Assembly: GCF_000372725.1 (NCBI RefSeq)
Contig: NW_005201223.1
Coordinates: 3,858-67,857, forward strand
DNA length: 64,000 bases
Direction: 5' to 3'
Source: Emiliania huxleyi CCMP1516
Taxonomy: Eukaryota
Part shown: positions 1 to 11,280 of the stretch, piece by piece
How the letters are laid out: each line of letters starts with the position of its first letter
Position numbering within the stretch: position 1 is the stretch's first letter
Program-made: the position numbers and the translations under genes
Notes under the pieces: generated by a model
Database searches by the model: none
What the model was told of the DNA's origin: nothing
Seen by the model: only the letters and a program-made list of their open reading frames with translations

Positions 1-273
1 ACATTCTTCTACGTGCCGCGTCCTGTGCGCCCCCGAGTTCATTTGATTTTCCCCCCTCCTTTTTATTATACCAGAATATCTCTCGTTCCTTTTTACCCAT
101 CTCACAGTAGAGGTGTCCGTTTTTATTTATTTATTTATCCCCTTGCACGTACCTCGTACGGCTCTAACATGCAGGTAACATGGCGAGGGGGGAGGTGTCC
201 GCAGAGAGAAAGAAAGAAAATAGACAACCCAAACGAGGGATGGGGGAGGAGGACAGGGTCCGAGGCGCGACGG

Positions 274-1508
274 TAGCGGGACTAGGGACTAGGCGGTTGT
301 CAAACGTTCTCGCTAGTGCCATTTCACTCTGGCACAGATCCTGTCTGGTATAGCCCCAGCCGACTCCGCGTGAACTCTCGAGGGATCTCGAGTTGCGAAC
401 TCTGTTCACACCGAGCAGCTGGGAGTGGCTGCGGCTATAGCGGACAGGCACAGATCGCGTTACAAAACCTTGATTTGACCATTTGCGCCATTTGGTACCT
501 CTCGGCAGGTGGCGCGGAGTGCCCCCGTCCACTCGGCGGGATCGCAGCTGCCTCTGCGCGTCCTGGAGATGTACCAAATTGTCACCGCTCTAGTGCAACT
601 GTTAGGCCCACACAAAGTTAACGATAGGCTAGTGCCATTTCACTCTGACACGCTAATCTTGAAAACGTCTCCAACGGAGCTCCGTGTTGCTCCCAGCGCC
701 CTCCCCCGCGCTCCCTGCGGCCATGGCCGATACTACTAGTATGAGCGGTCATCTGGCTACCGCGAGAGCGACCCAACTCGTCGACATCGTCCGATGATGG
801 TGCCGCAAAGTCAGCCTTCGGAGGCTATCGTGGGGTCGAGCCGGCAGTAGCCGTGACATGTGGTTCCACCACCCCTCGTAGGCTTTGCCTCTGACCGCCA
901 CCGTTCCCAAGGCTGCCTAATGGGATGGAAAGGAAGGCTGGGAGAGCGTATAGAAGCGTGCCCGACCTTGTCGTGGCAACCTGCACGGCAGCGCTGGCGG
1001 GCGCGATGAGCGTCGTGCCACTTGACCGGAGACGGGTCGCAGGCGTCGTACCGAGCGCGTCAAGTCCGTGTACTGATGTGATCTGCACGGGTGAGTCACG
1101 TCGGCATCAAAGGAGCGACGTGCGACCTGTCAGAGCTTGATCTCCGATCTCAGCGGCGTCGAGCCGTATTGTTGGCTGAAATCCTCAACGTTGTTCAAGT
1201 GTTCTCCCCACGCCAGCCCAAGCTGTTACTGTTGTTACTGTTGTTACTGTTGTTCAGTGGTCAGCAAGCAGAAAATGCAAAAAACACCGGGTAAAACCCG
1301 AAAATACCTGGGTTTTCCCGGGTATTTTCGGGTATTTACCCGCACTGCCACTGGACGCTGGAGATCGTCGTGGGTCACTGCCAGGCCTTCCTTATTGTTG
1401 TTCAGCCGGCCTAACGTTAGCTACTGTTGTTGGGGAGCCCCACTGTTGTTTCTGTTGTTACTGTTAACACTAGCAACACTGTTCAGCTCTTAACGTTTGA
1501 CAACCCTA
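274..1508. mobile_element. Non-autonomous hAT-type DNA transposon (~1.2 kb) with 8-bp target-site duplication
   Basis: Begins TAG and ends CTA. GGTTGTCAAACGTT (295-308) is the inverse of AACGTTTGACAACC (1492-1505). Exact 8-bp direct repeat CGCGACGG at 266-273 and 1509-1516. No recognisable ORF. Confidence 0.75.
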
Positions 1509-2593
1509 CGCGACGGGCGGGTCCGCATAGGCAGTCTCGCTAAAAGCTGCTCTTATGGGGCACCGCTGCGACTCCCTTGGGGATGCCTGAGGCCACCCCA
1601 ACCACTCCCCAAGACTTACGTGGACGAATTCCCCTACTTTTATCTTTTTGTTCGTCTACCCACATCAGCAACTTCGTGGTAACGCCCAGCCCCCAGCGCT
1701 AGCCCAGTCAACCCCATCGGGGGCGGGGCCCTTCAAGGGCCTCTCTCTCGTCACGAAAGATGATGTCGCAGGCAGGGTTCGGACTTTTTGCGGGGTATGG
1801 TATGGTAGGGTCGCGCAACCCACCTCGAGACCATACCCCCCCCCGCCAATTGACATACCCAGCCCCCCTCCACCCCTTCCCCCCCCCCCTCCCCCCCCTC
1901 CCCCCCCCCCTCGCCCCACCGCCGGCCGCCTTACTGCTAGGCTCCAGTAGGCTGCAGACACCGACACGCACACTAGATACGCGCGGATAGCCGTCGTCCA
2001 CGCCAGCACCGGCCGGTGCTCGTCTAGAGCGCGGCGGCGAAGTTGGCAATCGCCTGGGTGGCGAGCGGCGGGCGCGGCACCCGCGCCGGTCGCCGCACCC
2101 GGGCGCCGCACCAGCAGGCGCCGCGCCGGCCGTCCCCGTGCGGGCGGCTCCGGTGGCCGCCGCGCCGGCCGCCCCGCGGGCCACCGCACCGGCGAGGTCA
2201 TCCATATCGGCATCGCCGTGCCGGCGGGTGCCCCCACTCCGGTGGTCGCCTCGCCGGTGGTCGCCTCGAGGGGGTTGGCCGGCTGCGCCAGCGGCGCAAT
2301 CTCGAGGGACTTGTAGTACATTGAGGCGCTCCGCAACCAGAAGGGTGTCGGCGAGTGGAGCGTGGAGCAGCTGCAGCAGCTCCGCGACACGGGCGCGTGC
2401 TCCTACCTCATGGCGCTGCGGGCTCGGCGGCGGCAGTAGAGGGAGGGGCCGAGGGACCATACCCCCCCACCCCTGTCGAGGGCTAGTCTTGTGCGGTCAG
2501 GACCATACCCCCCCACCCTTTGAGGACCATACCACACCCCGGAAAAAGTTGGAACCCAGCAAGCGTGTTGTGCATTCCGCCGTGAGCTTTGGC

Positions 2594-3987
2594 ATGCCTC
2601 GCACCTCCTCCAGCATCTCCGAAGGTCGCTTTCCCATCTGGCTTGTGTTTCTCCCGTTCGCACTGGTCGGCATCGTCAACGTTGCCCGTGCGCCGAGCCA
2701 CGCGCCCGTGGTCTCGCGCCGGCAGCTAGCCCTCCAGAGGAGCCGTCAAAAGCCGCCGGATAGTGGATGGGCAGCTGTAGAGACATCCCGCAGCTCTGCC
2801 GCGCTGTCCTCGGAGGAGGCCACCAGGATTGCTCTCGAGAAGGGCTCGCAACGAGTGCGCGCAGCGGCCGCGGCCGTTTCGTCGCCGGTGCGTGGCGTCG
2901 TCACCGCCGAGGCACTCGACGCTGTCCTGCCAAAGGGGGCCGTCGTGTGGCTTACCTTTAGCAACGCCGCCTACCTTCACTTTGCGCAGAACTTCTACCT
3001 CTCCTGCGCGGCCGTCGGACGGGCGCACCAGCTCGCCATTGCTGCGCTCGACCCTCCCTCGCTCTCGAGCTGGGCAGGGCTCGGTGTTCCGGTACTCAAT
3101 TTCTCCGTCTTCGGAGATGCGTCCGACTTCCGCGGCATCGGCGCCGACCAGGCGCGCTTCCGGCGGATGGGCGCGATGAAGGTCGCCGCCTTCCTCTCCC
3201 TCCTCCGGCGCGGCCGCCCCGTCCTCTGCAGCGACGTCGACACGGTCTGGCTCGCCGACCCGGAGCCCTTCCTGCGCTCGCGCGCCGCCGCGGCGGACAT
3301 CGCTGTCACGAGCGACTGCCTCTCGCGCGAGGCAGACGCGAACAAGCGCGGCGACTCGAGGCGCTTCGACCCCAAGGGCGTCTGGTTCTGCGGGCACAAC
3401 CCTCAGAACCTCTACGGAGTCACCTTCAACACCGGCGCCTCCCCCCCCCCCCTCCTCTCCTCCTCCTCTCCCCCTCCTCTCCCCCTCCTCTCCCCCTCCT
3501 CTCCCCCTCGGACGGCAGGACGGCGGGACGGCACACCTCGGACACGTCCGTGACACGTCCCCGCGGCGTCCCCCGCAGGTCGCCCTCCGACCCGACTGGT
3601 GCCGAGGACTGCAAGTCACTCCTCCTCACCACTGCTACCCACTCCTCAGGCGTCCTCTTCCTCAACCCGACGCCGCGAACCCTCACGCTGGCGGAGCGGT
3701 GGCACGCAAAGCTCGTCGCGCCGACGGACGACTGGCGCGGCCCCTGCCCCTGCCGCGGCCCGGCGCGCCTTCCCCGAGCCGCTTGCGAGCCGCTCGCCCT
3801 CTTGCTGCAGGCACCTCGAGGACCAGCGCGCCTTCAACATGCTCGTGACCGAGGCCTTCTGCCCCATCCATCTTCAGCTCATGCTTACATAGCCATACTC
3901 ATACTCGTTGTTATTGATCCTCGCGCAAGGCCTTCTACCCTATCCCACTCTGATTGATCATGAATCCTCGTGACCGAGGCTGTCTAC
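2594..3987 (+). CDS. Nucleotide-diphospho-sugar transferase (GT77-like glycosyltransferase), spliced, 3' end lost in gap
   Basis: N-terminal TM anchor (IWLVFLPFALVGIV); WLTFSNAAYLHFAQN; DxD motif in VLCSDVDTVWLADP; FNTG-VLFL; EDQRAFN. Introns near 3435-3649 and 3736-3810. Confidence 0.8.
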
Positions 3988-4441
3988 NNNNNNNNNNNNN
4001 NNNNNNNNNNNNNNNNNNNNNNNNNNNNNNNNNNNNNNNNNNNNNNNNNNNNNNNNNNNNNNNNNNNNNNNNNNNNNNNNNNNNNNNATGCAGTGCAGCG
4101 GAAACTCGGGCTGTGTGAGGGCTAGGTCACCGAGGACATATATACGACTCTCGCCCCCTCCCGTCTAGACATAGACACGACTCGCTGCTCGCTCTCCTCA
4201 TCCGGATCCGCGAGGCGTAGCACCGGGCGGCGGGGCCGGGGGGGCGCGTGTGGTTTTGCATTTTGGTCATGGGCATGGACCATCAGCATTCACCATGGTC
4301 GCCACCACCAGTTAAAATAGACCTTGTGTCTCTTTCTCATCTGAGTCCGATCTATTGTGAGCAAGAGCCTTTGCGCGGCTCTATCTAGAGAGAGATGCGC
4401 GGTGAAAGCACAAACGTGGCTGCTGCTTGGAGAAGAAGTCG

Positions 4442-6452
4442 CTAAGCAATGGGCGTCTCGCTCCGCATGGCCACGAGCGCGTCGCACGCCGCCGAGTAGA
4501 CAGCAACCACGTCGCCCGAGAGAGTGAGCACCCGCACCTCGTCGCCGTGCTGCGTCTGCCGCGGCAAGTCCACGCCTACAGTCGGGCCGCGCCAAAAGTG
4601 CCGCCGAGCAGCGGCACGCGCGTCCGCACTCGTCGCTCCCCAAGTTCTGCGCCGACGCCGTGCTTCTCGCGCAGAGCGCGGAGGCCGGCGCCCCCCTTGC
4701 CAATCAGCCGACCCACCGCCTCTCCGGCGAAGAGCAGCCTAGCAGGCCAACGCGCGGCACGACTCTGGCCAGAGAAGTTGGGCGGAGGAGTGGGGTGGAA
4801 GACGTGGCGCAGAGAAACTCCCGCACCGGATCGTGAGCTCCGGCGGGCCTGCCCTGGCGGCGGCGGCGGACGCGGCGGGCGTGGGGGCGGCGGGGTTGAC
4901 GGCGGCGGCGGCGGCGTCGGGGAAGCGAGGGTCGATCACGACATCGGACCTCACCGCCTCGGCAGGGCGGTCGGGCGAGCCGAGCTTGCCGCAGAGCAAG
5001 CCTGTGGGGGAAGGAGGGGCGCGTGGCGCGTGTGTGGCTACGGCGTGTGCGAGGCGGGGGGGGGGGGGGGGGGCTCGGGGGCCCCCGGGGCGAAAAACAT
5101 AATCCGGAAACCTGAAACGGGGTACCTAAGGCCCCCCCCCCGCGGGCCATTGCCCCCTCCCCGGGGGAAAATTTTTCGGGGAAAAGGACCTATGCCTAAT
5201 GGGGAAACCTGAAACCCCAAAAACCCCCCCCCCNNNNNNNNNNNNNNNNNNNNNNNNNNNNNNNNNNNNNNNNNNNNNNNNNNNNNNNNNNNNNNNNNNN
5301 NNNNNNNNNNNNNNNNNNNNNNNNNNNNNNNNNGGTGGGGGCTCGGAAAGGGGGTCCAGGGTCGGCGAGGGGAGAGTGTCGCCTGACGACTCGCGGAGTT
5401 GCTTCAGCCCGGCGCCGCCTCTCTCCACGATGGAGGTCACCTGTTCACAGTTGCGCGCCGTGAAGGGCTGCCCGCTGGATCGTCTCGGCCGGAGGGCGGG
5501 AGGGCGGATGCGGCCTTGGAGCTGTCGACCAGCACGCGGATGGCCGCGGTGGCGGACTTTGCGGGCAGCAGCTGCGACACCTACTCCACGCCTCGACCCG
5601 TGGGACAGAGGGACTTGGTGGCGGTGGCAGACTCGGCGCGACTCTGCTGCGCCTATCTCGCGCGGGCGAGCTCTGATCCGCCTCTCTTCGGACGGTGCAG
5701 CTCGCGCGGCAGCCGCGCCGGAGGCAGAGCCGTCGCGAGGTGCGGCAGCGAGAGCGCGGGGAACGGCGACGCAGCCACCCCGAAGGCGCCGGCCCCTCCG
5801 TACGGTGGCGCGAGGGACGCGGCGTGCGCCGGCGCCGGCGGGAGCAGGCCGGTGTGGTGGGGGGGCTGGAAGGGGGCGAGCGCGTCGAGCTTCCGCTTGC
5901 CTGCTCGCGGCGGGGAGGCGTGTGAGGTGGCCCGCTTCACCGCCGCGTGCGCAGAGGAGAGCGTCGAGCGACGCGGCTTGCCTGCCGCGTTGGGCGGCGG
6001 CGGCAGCGGCATCGGCATCGGCGTCGGACCGCGGTACGAGCCGCTCGAGATCTGGAGGATCATGTCCTGAGGGCGGAGTGGGCGGCGAGGCCCGGGTGGG
6101 CCGGTGGCGGGGCGGTGGCGAGATGAGTGCGCAGGTGGGCGGAGGCGGTGGAGCAGGCGAAGCTTGGCGAGGCCGAGGCGGGGAGGGTGCGCTGGAGCGG
6201 TGGCGGGCCGGGTGTCTCCTGCAGCAGAGCGACGCCGAGCTGCACGCGGTCGGGCGCGCCGGTCAGTTTGACGTGGCGATTGCCGTACGCGTCCTCCTCG
6301 CGCGGCACTTCGACCGCGCAGCCGCTCGTCTCGCGCAGGTGCCGCAAGCCGCTGCCTTTGCTGCCGACGACGGCGCCGATGCAGGTCGCCGGGACCGGCT
6401 CCGCGTGGGTGATCGAGGCGGCGGCGGCGGCGGCATCGTTGACGCCGTACAT
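4442..6452 (-). CDS. KH-domain RNA-binding protein (three KH domains), multi-exon, spans an N-gap
   Basis: GxxG-type loops: IGAVVGSKGSGLRHLRETSG (~6330-6390), VTSIVERGGAGLKQLRESSG (~5385-5445), VGRLIGKGGAGLRALREKHG (~4660-4720). Last exon HGDEVRVLTLSGD...PIA ends in a stop at 4442. Confidence 0.75.
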
Positions 6453-7220
6453 GGGTGGAGGAACGCCGGGACGCCGCCGGCAGGGCTGCTGCGGTGTCGA
6501 CGAGCGGCTACTCAACGTGGGAAAGAGAAACACCGCCAGCACCTGCCTCCTGGTCTTTCTCGCCTGGCGTTTGTGCCCCGTTTGTGCCGCGTCCCGTGCC
6601 CCCGAGTTCATTTATAAAAAAAGAGAAACACATCGACTGCAATCGACTGCAATGGGAAAGAGAAATTACCAGGCAGCGTCTCTTCTCTTTATTTTTGCTT
6701 GGCCGGGTATCATGCTGAAATTCTGCAAAAACCTGACCGGCCCCTGCCCTGCCCCTACCTACCTACCTACCTACCTACCTTACTTATGGGAAACTAAAAA
6801 AGAAATCACTCGATGGGTGAAGGTGGGGTACTATACCAACTAAAGTGATGGCTGGTGGTACTATCCTGCAACCACAGTCCTTCCTGTGACATGGCAGGCC
6901 ACTCTCAAGCCCTACAAGCACCAGATCAACGACTTGGGGAGGGTTGACATCGTGATTTGCGCGGAAAAATTCTTTTTCTGCTGTGGGGAGGTCGTCAGTA
7001 CTGCTACGCATATGTAATCGCCCAGAATGCACAGATCGGCCATGTTATGTAAATACGCGCCCGCGATCCATAGTGCGTCGGCCAGACGTCGCGTATTTCG
7101 GTGTCGTGCCCGAGCCAAGTGGCGCCTGAGGGAGCTACAAATGTCTTGCGTATTACGAATCTGTCTTCTGCATCCACCTTCGGCCGATCGGGGTGTGCCT
7201 CTCAAGGCGCGCTACGCCCC

Positions 7221-7995
7221 ACGTACTACGCACACGCATTCCGGATTCGAGTGAGAAGTGGTGGCCGACGGGGGTTACGCCTCACGCATTACGCATACGC
7301 TTGATGCATTCGCACGCCCAAGGTGTCGGAGAGGGCCTACGCACCACGTACTACGCACACGCATTCCGGATTCGAGTGAGAAGTGGCGGCCGGCGGGGGT
7401 TACGCCTCACGCATTACGCATACGCTTGATGCATTCGCACGCCCAAGGTGTCGGAGAGGGCCTACGCACCACGTACTACGCACACGCATTCCGGATTCGA
7501 GTGAGAAGTGGTGGCCGACGGGGGTTACGCCTCACGCATTACGCATACGCTTGATGCATTCGCACGCCCAAGGTGTCGGAGAGGGCCTACGCACCACGTA
7601 CTACGCACACGCATTCCGGATTCGAGTGAGAAGTGGTGGCTGACGGGGGTTACGCCTCACGTATTACGCATACGTTTTACGCATTCGCACGCCCAAGCTG
7701 TCGGAGAGGGCCTACGCACCACGTACTACGCACACGCATTCCGGATTCGAGTGAGAAGTGGCGGCTGACGGGGGTTACGCCTCACGTATTACGCATACGT
7801 TTTACGCATTCGCACGCCCAAGGTGTCGGAGAGGGCCTACGCACCACGTACTACGCACACGCATTCCGGATTCGAGTGAGAAGTGGCGGCCGACGGGGGT
7901 TACGCCTCACGCATTACGCATACGTATTACGCATTTGCACGCCCAAGTTGTCGGAGAGGGCTTACGCACCACGTATTACGCATACGTATTACGCA
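7221..7995 (+). repeat. Tandem array of about 6 x 125-bp units
   Basis: Unit starting ACGTACTACGCACACGCATTCCGGATTCGAG recurs at 7221, 7346, 7471, 7596, 7721 and 7846 with few substitutions. Confidence 0.95.
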
Positions 7996-8004
7996 TCCCC
8001 CCCC

Positions 8005-8566
8005 AACCCCCTTTATGTGCGCGCACTGGCGCTGCCGCTCGGGCTGCCATAAGTTGGCTGGGGTTGTATGTGCGCTGGTAACAACAGACTCGGGCATAGC
8101 CCTCGACAGCCACCCCCTAACCCCCCACCCACCCCCCTTTATGTGCGCGCACTGGCGCTGCCGCTCGGGCTGCCATAAGTTGGCTAGGGTTGTATGTGCG
8201 CTGGTAACAACAGACTCGGGCATAGCCCTCGACAGCCACCCCTTAACCCCCCTCCCCCCCCCCCCTTATGTGCGCGCACTGGCGCTGCCGCTCGGGCTGC
8301 CATAAGTTGGCTAGGGTTGTATGTGCGCTGGTAACAACAGACTCGGGCATAGCCCTCGACAGCCACCCCCTGACCCCCCACCCCCCCCCCTTTATGTGCG
8401 CGCACTGGCGCTGCCGCTCGGGCTGCCATAAGTTGGCTAGGGTTGTATGTGCGCTGGTAACAACAGACTCGGGCATAGCCCTCGACAGCCACCCCCTAAC
8501 CCCCCACCCACCCCCCTTTATGTGCGCGCACTGGCGCTGCCGCTCGGGCTGCCATAAGTTGGCTAG
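8005..8566 (+). repeat. Tandem array of about 4.5 x ~126-bp units (second family)
   Basis: TTATGTGCGCGCACTGGCGCTGCCGCTCGGGCTGCCATAAG recurs near 8012, 8138, 8266, 8391 and 8517, separated by C-rich tracts. Confidence 0.95.
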
Positions 8567-9736
8567 CACCACTAGCTCCGATCCGTTTTATTCCTTAATA
8601 GGCGGGGAACGGCAATCAGCCCTCCGGCATCGGAGCATTTGCCAACATGCTCTTCCGCCGCCCATCGGCGTGAGCGGACTGAAGTGTGTGGAGCATTCGT
8701 CGGCGCGCCGCCCCGCCGTGCCTCCACGCAGCGCCACTCCCCCAGCACGCGCGACAGCTGCAAAGGTCCTCCTCGGGCCTAGACTCTAGTCAGCGTCGTG
8801 CGAGCCATCTTTGTGTGTGTGAGGGGATATGACTGCGGGCCTCGCCTGCTCGGCCGCCTCTCCTTTCCTCTCCCGTCGCCGACGCGAAGGGGCGAGGGGT
8901 CGGGGCGAGGCCCGCGCGCCTCTGCAATCTGCTGTGTGTGGGTCCTGTGAGACCTCGAGGGAACTGTTTGACTGTCGGCGGAGAAGGTGTCTCTCTTGGC
9001 ACTTCACTGCCATCGTCTTTGTACAATTTATGCTTTGTAACATTGCCTTGGACTACGAAGGATGAAAAATACGTAATGCGTAATGCGTATGCGTGATACG
9101 TAGGGGGGGGGGGGGCTCGGGGGCGCGCGGGGCGAGATACATAATCCGGAAACGTGAGACGTGGTACGTAAGGCACCCGCCGCGCGGGCCATTGCACCGT
9201 CCCCGGGGCAAAGCTTTGCGGTGAAAAGGACGTATGCGTAATGCGGATACGTGATACGTCGAAGACGCCCCGCCCTCCGTGGGCCGCGGCGCACCGGCGG
9301 AGATCCATAATCCGTATACGTGACACGTGGTACGTATGAGGCAACCACAGGGCCATCGCACCGTCACGCACGCGATGATTACGTGTATGTATTGACGTTT
9401 TCTATTTATTTTTGAAGGGGGAGGCGTTCGACGGGCTGCGTAATGCGACGCATTTGGACTGGCAAGTGACGTACACGCACCGAGTTTACGTATTCCCGAG
9501 AGGGCGTAATGTGATGCGTATGCATATGGGCCTCCGTGCATATGCGTAGCAGTACTGACGACGATTGCTGCTGTGAAAATTCCGGCGTGAGAGAGGGAAA
9601 AACCGACCAGACCCTACCCTACCTACCCCGGCATGATACCCGGCCAAGCAAAAATAAACGCAAGCTGGTCGTACATGACACGCCTCAACCCTCGACCGCC
9701 GCTTCTCTGCCGCCGAGCCCTTCCTCAGTCTGCACG

Positions 9737-10480
9737 ATGCATGGTCGAGCATCCGTCTACCTCCTCCTGTTCATTACCAGCGTCCTCGGACTTCGCCTCG
9801 ACCAGTGCGTCACCGACCGAGCGTCCGGCGTTACCTCCTGCGAGCGGGCTATCTCCGATGCGCCGGGGTGCACCGAGATTCTCATCTGTGCGGTTGCCGC
9901 GCCAACGTCGGCAGCTTGCGAGAGCAGTTCGTGCGAGAGTGTGTGCGTATGGAGGCAAGGTGGCGGCTGGTGGAACCGGTCGGGTCCCGTCGGCGAGCCG
10001 CCATGTGGCAACAGGTGCCCAGAGGCGACTGCCGCCGCGGTCGCCGCTGACGGCAAGGCTGTGATCCATGTGCATGAACAGCATGAACATCTGGAAGGCG
10101 GCTCCAGGAGGCTCGGCATCACCAAGCGCGCCAGGCAGTGGCCGGACCAGCTGGTCCGTTGGCGCTTTGCAAAGCAGAGCGGGAGCCGCGGGTGGGCTCC
10201 CGGCTCGCTCTTCCGTGGCGTCGTCGAGGCGGCCATCGCGAGGATCGAGGAGAATACGTGCGTCTGCTTCGTCGAGGTGGACCCGGACGAGACAGACGAG
10301 TCACAGCCAAGCTTTGTCGGCCGTAACGAGCCGCGGCTCGCCATCTACGGCTCTGGACCGCAGGAGGCGACCTCCAGCTGCTCAGGGTCTGCGACCGTCG
10401 GAGCCTACACGTCCGCCCAAATGACGCTGAGCTACGGGTGCGCGAACGTGTACTTCGAGGGCCTGGTCGTCCATGAGTAG
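9737..10480 (+). pseudogene. Astacin-family (M12A) metalloprotease, 5' part only, ends at HE of the HExxH motif
   Basis: Signal peptide MHGRASVYLLLFITSVLG; RQWP; AAIARIEENTCVCFVE; CSGSATVG; LSYGC...GLVVHE then TAG. No downstream exon recognised before the next gene. Confidence 0.65.
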
Positions 10481-10745
10481 GGTGCCCACAGGGCCGAAAA
10501 AAGAAAGGAAAAATGTATTATCCTAACGGTGTGGGGGCGCGGAGGGCTTGTTGGCGAGCCAAAATGGTGTTTTCCGAGGCGCTGCGCTAGGCTCAGAGCG
10601 AGTTCGCGCTGCGCTAGGCTCAGACGGCGAGTTCGCGCTGCGCTAGGCTCACAGATGCGAGTGCGCTGCGATAGAAGAAAAAAACAGGGTCGAAACGACA
10701 ACCGAAGGGAGGACTGTGTAGTGTAATCATGTGTCAAGAATCACG

Positions 10746-10777
<32 letters not shown>

Positions 10778-10822
10778 CGCGGCGAGCGCCGTCGCCGAGG
10801 CGGGCCTCGGCGGAGAGCGCGA

Positions 10823-11280
10823 TTATGCGGCCTTTTCCGCGACCCGCACAAAGAAGAGGCGCCCTCCGTCAGCCTCGACCTGCCACCGGCTCGCGTCGAC
10901 CGACCCGGCCGCGTGCCACACCTCCACAGCCCAGTGCGCCAGCCCGCAGAAGTTGCCCTCCTCGATGCCCCATCCCGTGGGCCACGCGGCCAAAGCGGTG
11001 CCGAGAGGCGGCGGCGGCGCCGCGGTCGCCTCGAGACGCGCCGAGACGGCGTCAAAGGCGATCCGCCTCGCGCCCGTCGCGGCCGCCTCGGCCAGCAGCG
11101 CCTCCCCGGCCAGCCGCGGGAGGTCGCCCTCCGTCTCGAACCAGCACGACGAGCGGCCGTCGGCGCACGCCTCGTCCCACGCCTTGAGCTGGCGGACAAA
11201 GGCCGCCAAGCTCTTGAGGCCGGGCGAGGGCGCGGCGGGCGACGGGGCAAGGGAGCAGCCGGGCGAGGAGAGGTAGGAGG
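10823..11280 (-). CDS. Hypothetical protein, C-terminal exon (5' part in or near gap)
   Basis: Protein-like frame (LKSLAAFVRQLKAWDEAC...RLFFVRVAEKAA) with high GC at third positions; no family recognised. Confidence 0.4.

Larger units (their letters stand above)
6991..9562. mobile_element. Foldback/TIR-type non-autonomous element with long subterminal tandem arrays
   Basis: Perfect 24-bp inverted termini GTCGTCAGTACTGCTACGCATATG (6991-7014 and 9539-9562). TACGCA motifs are dense at the left end and occur inverted (TGCGTA) at the right end. No TSD or transposase seen. Confidence 0.6.

Noticed and set aside
1665..2560. Long overlapping Pro/Arg/Gly-rich ORFs and GACCATACCCC repeats
   Set aside because: ORFs are explained by very high GC, and no termini or TSD could be defined for the repeats.
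7221..8566. CRISPR-like regular arrays
   Set aside because: Whole units are repeated with no unique spacers, there are no cas genes, and the context is eukaryotic.
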